A stretch of 63,744 nucleotides of DNA, filler included, from Rhabdomonas costata (lineage: Eukaryota): assembly GCA_019059605.1 (NCBI GenBank). It is 51 parts of 51 records of this genome, joined end to end, with 100 filler letters (N's around TTAATTAATTAA, not from the genome) between each part and the next. Parts side by side here need not be neighbours in the genome. Positions count along the whole stretch, not along the records: positions 1 to 1,152 come from JAHMHO010026044.1; positions 1,253 to 2,404 come from JAHMHO010026045.1; positions 2,505 to 3,659 come from JAHMHO010026046.1; positions 3,760 to 4,911 come from JAHMHO010026047.1; positions 5,012 to 6,164 come from JAHMHO010026048.1; positions 6,265 to 7,417 come from JAHMHO010026049.1; positions 7,518 to 8,669 come from JAHMHO010026050.1; positions 8,770 to 9,921 come from JAHMHO010026051.1; 43 more parts are not named here. The stretch is one strand, 5' to 3'. Shown piece after piece: positions 1 to 10,420 of the stretch (position 1 is the first letter of the stretch; each line of letters starts with the position of its first letter). Made by a program: the position numbers and the translations under genes. The notes beneath the pieces were generated by a model. That model was not told the origin of the DNA, made no database searches, and saw only the letters and a list, made by a program, of their open reading frames with translations.

Positions 1-726
1 GTTTGTGGGGCGGAGACCAGCGCCCCAGCGCATCCGCCCGCTCCTGCCGCGCCTCGGACTTGCCTCTGCGGCGCTGGTCTCCGCCCCTAAAACACATCCT
101 GTAATCCGGTCCCAGCAACGGCAATTCCGAAAATCTGCTCTGCAAAAGCCACGTTCAGGTGCAGCAAACGTCCCCCTCCCATACTATTGTTCCAGTTTGA
201 GATGGGAGATAGCAGTGTAGTGTAGGGGCTGTCTCAAAGTTGTTTCGTTCCGTTTCTTTACAGTGATTCTGGCTGGAATGCTATGAAAGTTGTGCAGTAG
301 GAAGAACGATTCATATTTCGGTGGACTTTTTGGGGAGTGTTCTCGCTTGAAGTTAGAGGAGGACTCGCTCAGTTTCCTACGGATGTTCGGATGTTCGCTT
401 TCGCTGGTGTATAGCAACGTCGATGTGCCGGTAACGACTGCCCCCCCCCCCACACAATGAAAGCTGTATTTCACTCACGTACTGTGGCTTTGTCAATTCC
501 TTGCAGTTGAAGGGCTTGCAACCTTTCTTTGCTGTGAAGCGGCCCATTCCCACTCGCTGCTTTTCCTCACTCCCTTTTCGTCGATCACCCGCCAGCGCGG
601 GGGTGGCGTGTGCACGAGAGAACGGCTTCTTCGCGGTGACTGCCCTGAGCATCGATCCGCCGATCGACTCTTAACCTCTTCTGCGCCCCGCACCTTTGGA
701 GAGCTCCTCCCCCGCTTGCATTTGCA

Positions 727-851
727 ATGCTGTCGGGCCTTCGTGCGCTGCGCGGCCCGCTGTGCCGCCAAGGGACCCCGTGTGCAGTGACCGCGGCTTT
801 GGGAGTGAACAGGCGGGCGCTGTCATACTCACGGATCCTTCTCGGAGCAGA
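727..851 (+). CDS. Putative first exon with mitochondrial presequence-like N-terminus (unknown protein)
   Basis: ATG727 MLSGLRALRGPLCRQGTPCAVTAALGVNRRALSYSRILLGAE is Arg/Leu/Ala-rich and acid-poor; followed by GTATGG donor near 852. Confidence 0.35.
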
Positions 852-1152
852 GTATGGCCTCCTCCTTCTTCCGTTCCCATTTGGCAGTCTGTTTTTCTGC
901 TGGGCTGCATCCATCCGACTAAGTTCGACGGGCTTCACGCATATTGTCCGCTTCACCCCAAAACCATTTTTCTCTGGCCCCCTCAAACGTTTACGGACCT
1001 TTTTGCAGATACGTATGTCATTGATATTTACACGCCACCACGTCACATCAATCACATCGTCTTTCTTTAAGGGTCTTGTGTTGAGGGAATTTAGCAGCGT
1101 CCCTTCTCACTATTCCCAGCTCAATCTTTCAGTCTTGGCATCCCATGTGGTT

Positions 1153-1252
1153 NNNNNNNNNNNNNNNNNNNNNNNNNNNNNNNNNNNNNNNNNNNNTTAA
1201 TTAATTAANNNNNNNNNNNNNNNNNNNNNNNNNNNNNNNNNNNNNNNNNNNN
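1153..1252. other. Artificial contig linker N44-TTAATTAATTAA-N44 (first of ~50, repeated every ~1.25 kb to 62593)
   Basis: Identical spacer recurs at regular intervals between ~1150-nt unrelated sequences; TTAATTAATTAA gives stops in six frames. Confidence 0.99.
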
Positions 1253-2045
1253 GGTGGGTTGGAGAGAAACGCGAGTCTTCCCCAGAAAAAAGTCGTCCCG
1301 GCCCAGTGCACAAAGTGTGGTACGTGGAGGGTCACGTGCCTTTTGGTGAGATGGTTAGTCTCGCACGGGGTTAAAAGGTGATGTACGTGCCCCTAGGTTA
1401 TGTTACTGATGTAGCAGGGGTAAGAGAGCGATTCATGTGGACCCGATGAGGGGTTATTGTCTCGCGCCTTTGCAGCTTTCGGTTTGATTTCTTTTTTGCG
1501 ATTAGAGCTGCTCATGTGCATGCCGCAGCTAATTATGATTACCTCCCTCTCATCTAACTGTGCACCTTTTTTGGGATTTTGGTCGTTGTTTTTTGTTTGG
1601 TCATCTTTTTTGAAGTTGGGTGGCTTTTTTTAGCTTCTTGGTGCTGTTTCATTTCGTTCGATTCGTTAGCACTCAACCTTAGGATGATGTCATGCAGCAA
1701 GAAAGTACTTGCTTTATATAGTTCCGTTATCGATTCGGATACATATTGGCTGGGGCAATTCATAAAGTTGTGGACATCCACCCAAAGAGACTTTCGGTTG
1801 ACAGTTTATGAAATTGTGCTGTGACGGTTTGGCTTTCAATTTTTACGTTCTCTTACCTGTTAACGTCATGTCTCAAAACCAGCTATCCTGAACTGCTGTG
1901 CCTTTTTTTAGCACGGGGTACAACTGGACAGCAACGTGCAAAACTGCCTTTCGAATACAATCCTCCCCGGTGTCTTGATGTCGGTCATTCACTGGAACTA
2001 TCTTTTAATTGCGACCTTCTGCTCCCTGATCCATGATCGCTTCAG

Positions 2046-2404
2046 GTTCTCCGCCTCGGCATCTTCAACAAACGAATCCCTCCGCGAAGAAGCCCAGGAA
2101 GTGGCTCCCATCCAACCTCGTCCCTGCATAACCTCCAGCACCAATACCGAGGCTGAGGCTGCGAAGGAGGTTTCGGAGGCTGCGGTTGCGACGGATGTGG
2201 TGAGCGTGAAGAACAAAACCACCACCACTCCCGCTCGGGCGTGCACGGCCTCCAGCACTAATACCGAGGCTCACGGTGCAAAGGAGGTTTCGGAGGCTGC
2301 GGTTGCGACGGACGAGGTGAGCGTGAAGCACGAGGAGACCAGCACCCCTGCACGACCCACCACCGAGTCATCCTTCGCCAGTGAGCGCTTGGATACATCT
2401 CAAG
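2046..2404 (+). CDS. Exon of a low-complexity protein with a 39-aa (117-bp) tandem repeat
   Basis: TTCAG acceptor at 2045; SSTNTEAxxAKEVSEAAVATDxVSVK repeated at 2134 and 2251; frame open to contig end. Confidence 0.6.
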
Positions 2405-2630
2405 NNNNNNNNNNNNNNNNNNNNNNNNNNNNNNNNNNNNNNNNNNNNTTAATTAATTAANNNNNNNNNNNNNNNNNNNNNNNNNNNNNNNNNNNNNNNN
2501 NNNNTGGGGGGGCATTAATGCCCCTCCATTATCAAGTGCATTTTTGCCCCCCCTCCGCTCCCCACTCGGTAGGGTTCCACCGTGTATGAGCTGGAACCAG
2601 TGCTTTTATTGGCCCTTCCGGAGAGTGGAT

Positions 2631-2835
2631 GGGGTTAGGAGGTGATGCACGGGTCCCCTGGGATTCTAATATAGGAATTTGCAGGGGGTTAGGTGGCGAT
2701 GCACGGTTCCCCGGATCACAATAGAAGCTTTTGCAGGGGGTTAGGAGGCGATGCATGGGTCCCCTGGGATTGCAATGATTCCTAGCTTCTGTGGGGAGTT
2801 AGCAGGCGATTCGCTTGTCCCCCCTGGGATTCTGT
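2631..2835 (+). repeat. Degenerate minisatellite, ~4 units of ~52-57 bp
   Basis: Core GGGGTTAGGAGGYGATGCAYGGGTCCCCTGGGATT recurs at ~2631, 2685, 2737 and ~2794. Confidence 0.85.
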
Positions 2836-3927
2836 CCCGAATGTATTGGGCCGCGGAGCGCTGCGCTCTGCGGCCATACATCCTAAGTGCTTTCTTCATT
2901 TGTTGCAAATGCTTGTGCGGGTTGGGGGAGGGGGCCATAAATGCACTTATGCCGAGGACGTGGTTACTGAAAGGGGCTGGATTCGATACCTGTCAGAGGA
3001 GAGGCAGGGAGCCGGGCCAGGAATTAAGGCCCTCCTGCACAGGGACCCATGCTCACCCCGCATGCACCATCTGATTGGTCTCTTCCAGCCGTGAAATGCC
3101 GCTTTTCCGAACCAAAAAGCACGAGACAGCTGCCGCCAATGTTGAGCCACAAGGCACGGGCTAGTCTGTCAGCCTTTGAGGCTCATCGTGTGGTGCTGGG
3201 GAAGAAAGAAATTCTAGGAAAATGAGGGGAAGGAAGGGCGGAAGAGAGGGCACCTGGAGATTCCCGACACGCCTCGGTCATCGTCCTCTGCCCCGTAGCT
3301 GTCTTCTCCTCCGCTCTTACCACTCTCTCCCACCCTCCTCCCTCCGTCGCTCAGCTGCCTTTCCACCCTTGTCATTCGCAGCACCGTCAGGAAGATTTTT
3401 CGAGTTCCGTCCCGTAGATGTGGAATTTATCGTTGCTTTTCTGGATATCTCTATGGAAACCTTATTTTTCTCCCTCCTCTCCCTCCCTCCTTTGTTGCAC
3501 AAGGCCGTCCACTGCAGAGTGCTTCTTTTCGTGCCCTATTGAATAGCCTTTAACAAAACCTGCCTTTTGAGCCCCACTCTTTCCCTCTCTGCGTCCACCA
3601 CCAAAAAAGCAAACCCGACCTGCGGAGCCTACTCCTGCCCCTCGGGCTACACCCCCCCCNNNNNNNNNNNNNNNNNNNNNNNNNNNNNNNNNNNNNNNNN
3701 NNNTTAATTAATTAANNNNNNNNNNNNNNNNNNNNNNNNNNNNNNNNNNNNNNNNNNNNTGTTGGTGGTGGCAAGGGGATGCGAGTTGCCCAGTATGGTT
3801 TTCGCGGTTACACTTTCACAGCGATTGAAGGAAGGTGGGGTGGGGTGCGAGATTCTCAAAGACTTCAGTTTGCAGCAATCTAACGGCGGAAGCATAAGGA
3901 CTCCGGATATTTTTCTCCTTTCGCCAG

Positions 3928-4802
3928 CAATAATGAGGAGGCCGTGAGCGGCTTCCGGCTTTCCAAGAACGAGGCCAAGGCGTCGTTCGGGGATGACCGT
4001 ATGCTCGTCGAGAAGTTCATCGACCAGCCGAGGCACATTGAGATCCAGATCATTGCTGACAAGCTGGGCAATGTGGTATGCCTCTGCAACGATTTTGTTG
4101 ATTGGCCTCTCTGCAGTTGCCCTTGCTGGTAACTCGGGAGTTGTCGTGCCCCACTTGTTCTGTGCTTAGGTTTACCTCCCGGAACGAGAGTGCTCCATCC
4201 AGAGGCGAAATCAGAAGGTGTGCCGAGCGTTCGCGAGCCGTGCAGAATATAGCCAAAGTGAAGTTGACTGAATGTGAGTTTCCGCCGTTGTTCATACCCC
4301 TTGTCAAATTGTTATGATGCCACTCCAGTTCGCGTTGCGTTGCGTTGCCTCCTCGCGGTGTGCAGGTTATTGAGGAGGCTCCAAGCACCTTCATTGACCC
4401 CCCGACGCGGAAGGCCATGGGTGAGCAGGCGGCCATGCTCGCGAGGGGTGTAAAGTACCACACAGCCGGTATGTGCAACTTTCCACTGCTCCTGGCAAAT
4501 TACCTACCTTCCCCAGCAATTGCTACTCCCCACCCTCACCGCCCGCTCTCGCAGGTACGGTGGAAATGATGGTCGATGGGAAGCGCAACTTCTACTTCCT
4601 TGAGATGAACACTCGTCTTCAGGTGAACTTTTGACAGCCATTCACGCACACTACCGCTTTTTTTAAATTTCATTATGATTCATGTGTTCACCTTGATTCA
4701 TATGTTTAGGTGGAGCATCCCATCACCGAGCTCATCACGGGCGTTGACCTGGTCGAGGAGATGCTTCGCGCTGCAGCGGGCCTTCCTCTTTCCATTACGC
4801 AA
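3928..4802 (+). CDS. PCCA: Propionyl-CoA carboxylase alpha subunit (biotin carboxylase domain), 5 internal exons
   Basis: Exons 3928-4075, 4170-4217, 4366-4468, 4555-4622, 4710-4802 joined by GT-AG introns read [40 protein letters not shown]...[19 protein letters not shown]...[41 protein letters not shown]. Confidence 0.93.
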
Positions 4803-7149
4803 GTCCGCTACCCCCTCCCTCTTTCGTTTTTCTTTGCCGCGGTTGCGGAGCTGCTGTTGGACGCCAACGCCAGCCCCACCGCGGTAAACCAGTCCGGCAG
4901 CACACCCGCGGNNNNNNNNNNNNNNNNNNNNNNNNNNNNNNNNNNNNNNNNNNNNTTAATTAATTAANNNNNNNNNNNNNNNNNNNNNNNNNNNNNNNNN
5001 NNNNNNNNNNNTGTTGTTGGGGAAGAGTCTCGTTGCAGAGTCGAAAGAGGAGACGTTAGAAGAGCAAAGCGGGAGACCGAGGGGGGAGTTTTGGTACCAA
5101 GGGAAGCCCCCGACCCTCGGAGCAAGAGAAAAATCCGTCAAGGCAGAGAAATTATATACGGGGAAGAGTAATGGAGAGAAGGACGACCCGGAGAGCCGAG
5201 TGGGGCAAAAGCCCGGGCGAGTCAGCGAGAGAAGGACAAGGGAGGAGGAGATTCCAAGGGACGAAGCAGCAGAAGAGCAGCAAGCAGCAGCGCAGTGGCA
5301 GAAGAGAAGTTCAGAATGGAGGACAGTCAAAGAAAAGAGGAGCTCGGTAAGAAATTGCCGAGGGCCAAAGGCCAGAGACAGAATGGTTGCAAGAGTAAAG
5401 CGGCAGAGTTGCATTGGAAAGAATGTTTTGCACAAGAGAGTTGCATCGAATACAGAAGAATTCGGGAAAGCTCGAATATTATGACAAGAATGTCCCAAAA
5501 GGCGGAATTCAATGAAAGTGGACTTCTTAGAAAGAAGAAACTCAACTGCATTGAAGGATGTTGTTTGCGAATTCTCTGGACGAGTTTTTTCGGTCAGAGT
5601 GGTGTGGTCCTTTTGTTGGATTAGTGTTTTGCTGCCGACGAAAGGGGATGGGAACAGGCTGATTAAAGGGTTTGGCCTTTGATTTCCTTTGTTCGTGCTT
5701 GTTTTGGTTGTGCGTTGTTATTAGGTTGCAAGGGAGAAGCGCGGAGGCGAAAGAGCCGGCGCAAAACCCAGAGAGAGGTAGAGTGAGGGAATCGTATCTG
5801 CTGCCGTTGTGGTTGTGAACGCTGCTGTGCTTGCACTATTGCTGCGTAAGTGCTGCGTAAGTCACAGCCTGCTTGAACGGAGGAGAGAGGCAGAAGGGGT
5901 AGCCAGAGTCGCACCCAGCCCGCCCCCGTGAATAAGCAGAGCCCGAGGCCGCGAGCCCGCAGAAATCAAGACGCCAGGTTCCCCATTGCAAAGCTCGTAC
6001 CCCCTTCCCCATCTGTTGGTTCGCGGGGTGACCCCGGAGTGGTCGAAAAGCAGAGCTAAAGAGAGATATTGCCTTGCAGCCCCCTTTGCATAACGCACCC
6101 AGAAAAGGCCGAAAACCCTTGCACGCCTCCACCCGTTGCAGCATCAGACAGGACACTCACACCCNNNNNNNNNNNNNNNNNNNNNNNNNNNNNNNNNNNN
6201 NNNNNNNNTTAATTAATTAANNNNNNNNNNNNNNNNNNNNNNNNNNNNNNNNNNNNNNNNNNNNTGTTGGTGGGCATGGGATTATAAGTTCAAAATTGCT
6301 CCAGTGGAAAAGTTTCCACCGCTGTGCTCTTTTGTGTTTTCCCCCCAGGCAGCCTAGATCCAGATGTCTGGGAGTCTTTTCCCTCATCTCTCCCCTGACA
6401 CAGTGCTGCATTACATCTGCTTTTTTGTTTGATCTTCCTCCTATGCTCAGTAGAGGACCGGCTGTAGTGTCCGTCCGATTCGATTTCTGCGTGGGTACCT
6501 TGACTTTCGAAACGTTTGCCTTCTTTCCTGAAGTTTGGAGTTGATTATGCTTAGAGGCGGACCTTTTGAGTAAGTATAATCGTTTTCAGGCACAGGGTAC
6601 TCGCGTGATTGCTGAGCAGGCCCACCAAGGGTAAAGGACAGAGTGAGGCAGCTGAGCAACTGGCGCAGTTGTAACAGAATGCAGTTCAGCAGTTTTGTAG
6701 AAGCCCAAACTCAGTGAAGCGTTGTGAGGGAGGGTGGTAAGGCCGACACTTAGGATGCAATGATCATATGATTGTAGTGGTTTGGTCGATGGGAGAATGA
6801 TGAGTATAAGTATGGCTTTTCACCCAAAACCGGCATAGTTTTTTTTGACGTCGATTGCTGTCTCAGCTACCGCAGTATCCTTTTTCTTCGTCCACGCTCT
6901 GGTTACGCCGCTCTGTCGGGAACGCACTGCCATTTTGAAGCCTCTTGCGAACATTCCAACCCAAAGTAAGCCTCATTGCCCTTACTCCGTTGCAGCATTG
7001 CTTCTTTCTCATATTAATTATCTAATAATGATTAGAAGGGATAATATATATTATTATCTGCCTGTCCACGTGTTTCCTTTTGACGACCGATTTCCTCCCG
7101 CCCCAGCAGTTCGTTTTTCTTCTTGGCGTTTTCTTTGTGTTTCTTCCGG

Positions 7150-7417
7150 ATGCCGTTCATGGTGGTGATGGTGATGCTCATGGACCCACCCCTCACCGCC
7201 ACAACCCTGTCGTGCAGCACGGGGGAGGGCGGGTAGAGCAGATCCACACCTATGTCAGAACAGGCGCGAACACATGGGGCTTGACGCGGATGCCCATGGG
7301 CATGCTGGCTGCACCTCAGATCGCCAAGCTCGCCTGCTACCCGGTGGAGAAGGAGTAGTCCTACCAGATGGGTCGAGGAGCCACGGCCATGGCAAGCCGC
7401 TTCCTCGACGACCAACC
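7150..7417 (+). mobile_element. Degenerate reverse-transcriptase fragment (LTR/tyrosine-recombinase-type)
   Basis: TWGLTRMPMGMLAAPQIA (RT motif B-like MPxG...P) followed in the same frame by FLDD at 7401-7412; interrupted by TAG at 7356-7358. Confidence 0.55.
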
Positions 7418-8304
7418 NNNNNNNNNNNNNNNNNNNNNNNNNNNNNNNNNNNNNNNNNNNNTTAATTAATTAANNNNNNNNNNNNNNNNNNNNNNNNNNN
7501 NNNNNNNNNNNNNNNNNGGGTTGTGTGTGTGTGGTATGTTCGTTTGCGTGTGTGCGTTTGCGTGCAATCTGTCTCCGTCTTCTTGCACCTCCTCTCTTGC
7601 TTCCAATCCACCTTCCTTTCCTAGTGGTCTTGCGTGCTTCCGGGGTTCCCTTTGCTTTGGGATTGAGAAAGGTCAAGTTCAAATGTTCGCCTTGTTCAAA
7701 AAGCAGGGGGCTGGCTCTCACTAAACTACGAGAAGGCGTTTAGCACCTGCGCGCTCTCCCGCTTCCGCAGAAAACAACCAATTGAGAGGCAGGTTTCCTT
7801 TTTCTCTGACGGATTTCACACCACCCAAGAAAAAGCAGAGTAACAGCAAAGCTTCTTCAGGGTACCAAACCCTAAATGATTACACTCATTCCTCATTCCT
7901 CATTCCTCATTACACTCAGTCCTTGGGGTCAGGGGTTTCCCTCGGCTTAGCCATCTTAACCCTTCCCTCGCGCGGTTTGGTGCCCTGAAACCTGAAACCG
8001 GAATTAGATCCCTTGCGCTGAATCGTGTCCCTTTTGCTCCGCTTCTTGACCCACTCCACGGAGGGTATACGACTATTTAAAAATGCCCACGCCGAACGGG
8101 GCAACGAGCTCTTGACCGCCTGCAACCCAAGAAAACCACTGAATATCATGTCTCTTGCTGCTGTTGTGGATGTTCCAGGTGCCCTCCTTGGTAGGACCAT
8201 TCGAACGTGAACTTGACGTGCCTTTTGGCACAGCCCAAAATATTCAGCAGGTTAGGAAGGCAAACGAGAGTTGGTGGGGTTGAGGGAGTGGGGGGGTTCG
8301 CCAG

Positions 8305-8463
8305 TTCGTGGGTGCAACGCCACGGTGGCGCCCAAGGGGTTCGTCGGGAATTGCACCGCCGGAGTGACCTGCAAGGACGTGACCTGTGCCCCAGGCTACT
8401 TTGGTCACGGGACCGCGGTCTGCAACTTCGTCACCGGAGGCGCCTTCCAGTACTTCGGCTGCA
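8305..8463 (+). CDS. Cys-rich extracellular module exon (phase 1-1)
   Basis: CAG acceptor 8304, GT donor 8464; 159 nt encoding RGCNATVAPKGFVGNCTAGVTCKDVTCAPGYFGHGTAVCNFVTGGAFQYFGC; high GC3. Confidence 0.65.
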
Positions 8464-8919
8464 GTGTGTGCTTGACCTTTCCTGCAGTCGCACTGCCGGC
8501 CTGCTTTGGCTTTTTCATTGTTTCGGCTTTTTATTTTATTTCCGAAACGTGGCTTTGTCTGCCAACTGTGACCTTGCACACACACATTACTAACCTGATT
8601 CCCAATTCTTCTCAAAAAATACTTCCACTTCCCCGACCCCCGAGGCGAAGCGCACGCCGTCCCTGTGGCNNNNNNNNNNNNNNNNNNNNNNNNNNNNNNN
8701 NNNNNNNNNNNNNTTAATTAATTAANNNNNNNNNNNNNNNNNNNNNNNNNNNNNNNNNNNNNNNNNNNNTGTTTTTTTTTAGTCTCGAGTGTTTCTTTCC
8801 GAAAGGATTTTGGAAAGAAACACTCGAGACTGAAAAAAAGTTCGCAAACATTCATGACCATCGAATTCGAACAAAAATTCGCATTCGAGTCAGTGGGAAT
8901 CCCTGGGGCAGGCACAGAC

Positions 8920-9219
8920 CCAGGCTTGGAAGACTCTCCAGACCGCATCGAAAGGCTGGGCGGAGTTGATCTCCGTCTGTGTGATCTTCGTGAACGTGGC
9001 GCAGTGCTCAGTGAGGTTGAGGTTGACAATGGGCCGGACCACGCGCTGAAAGCCCTTAGGTGTCGCTCGCTGCAGGGTCCAGGGGTCCAGAGGCACAGCC
9101 CCAATCTCGATGATCTCTGGAGGGCTGACCTGGGTGGTGGCCTCTAGGTCAATAATCACCGGCAACGGCACAATCACCCGAGTGGTGGAGTAGCTCCGCG
9201 AGGAAAGCAGGAGTACACG
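8920..9219 (-). CDS. ERI1/KapD-like DEDDh 3'-5' exonuclease exon
   Basis: IIDLEATT...EIIEIGAV...FQRVVRP...LTEHCATFTKITQTEINSAQPFDAVWRVFQAW matches the ERI1 ExoI region; GT donor at 8919; 5' boundary approximate. Confidence 0.85.
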
Positions 9220-10059
9220 CTGCGCAGGTGCACAGGCACACCCTGCGGCTGCTCGAAGGGTGTGCATTGGGGAAGAAAGGCAAAGGAAGACCATCAAAGC
9301 ACAACTATCTGCCTCTGAAAAACAGAAAAACAGACCCCAGAGCAGCTACAAGGCGCATTTGTTGAGAGATAACCGCAACGAATTTCCTGGAAATGTTGCA
9401 CCAGATGAATTCCCCAACGGAGTGAAACGCCGTAACGGAAGGACGGACGGCATTGCGTGGTGCCTCATCATTTTCACCAGCTCGCGTCTTCTCCTGACTC
9501 ATCTGCACATCAACTTCGCTGTTCTGGCCCGGCTTGCCCGCCTTGTGTGCCAATTTATTGCTGCTGGGGTTTGGAGAAGTTTATCATCCGGCATTAAAAG
9601 AGAATTCAACTACGTTTCCAGAGGGCACGATGACATCTACATAAGGATCCACCACAGAATGTCCCAACAAGTTTCCATGTCAGAAAAAGATACAGATTGT
9701 CGGGGGTAACTTGCTTCCCACTTGCACTCACCACCGTCCCCCACACCACATGACATTTCAGAACACCCTTTGCCCTTCAGGCCTTTGAGCAGTGACACAC
9801 GGACACCTACTGTTAATCAATCCGGCTGGGAAAGCGGCCGCGCATTGCCCGGCTGAGGACTGGATTGAAGTGCAAGAATTTAACCCCCAAAGCTTAAGTC
9901 ACGGCAACTTGCCGAGGCAGTNNNNNNNNNNNNNNNNNNNNNNNNNNNNNNNNNNNNNNNNNNNNTTAATTAATTAANNNNNNNNNNNNNNNNNNNNNNN
10001 NNNNNNNNNNNNNNNNNNNNNGGGTCTTCCCCACTGTCTTTCTGCTGGCCTTCCCTCTC

Positions 10060-10420
10060 TCACCTGGCCCTGCTCTGCTCGCCTTCTCGCCCAGCTGGTT
10101 GATATATAGCCTGACCAATGGCCTGGCCAGGAGCTGGCTCACGAGGGGCTGAGCTTTGACTTCTGTCTCATCTGACCCTTGACAAAATGGCACTCTCTGG
10201 AAACCTCTGGAAAATGTCTGTGTCCTACGCACGTGACTTTTCTCCTCTGTCTCTGGATGTGGAACACCCGGGTAATCTGGTTACACTCTCCCCTGCTAGG
10301 ACGGAGGACGTCTCCAGCAGACCGCCGACGGCCGATAACCCGAATTGTCCACCTGTAGAACTGTGAAAGCACCTTTTCCATGTATGTGGATTCCTCTATA
10401 CACCCGTGTATATGGTAATT
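10060..10420 (-). mobile_element. Possible decayed non-LTR retrotransposon remnant (post-RT region)
   Basis: FYRWTIRVIGRRR...RQRRKVTCVGH resembles the IxxRRLRWxGH segment of RTE/L2-type LINEs; broken frames, no splice signals. Confidence 0.3.

Noticed and set aside
1197..1208. Regularly spaced TTAATTAATTAA with unique ~1.15-kb 'spacers' (array-like)
   Set aside because: Flanked by fixed N runs; an assembly concatenation linker, not biology.
2631..2835. CRISPR-like repeat/spacer pattern
   Set aside because: Repeats are degenerate, the intervening ~19 nt are mutually similar and too short, there are no cas genes, and the context is eukaryotic.
5663..6156. LINE ORF1/gag-like remnant (GHPAN, TYAAIV) on the minus strand
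   Set aside because: No intact CCHC knuckle and the motifs are in different frames; too weak to call.
6796..6860. Box C/D snoRNA (ATGATGA)
   Set aside because: No suitably placed CTGA box D or terminal stem; same for the other RTGATGA hits I checked.
7356..7358. Stop-codon reassignment (in-frame TAG in RT)
   Set aside because: TAG and TGA terminate intact genes here, and in-frame stops occur only in decayed elements.
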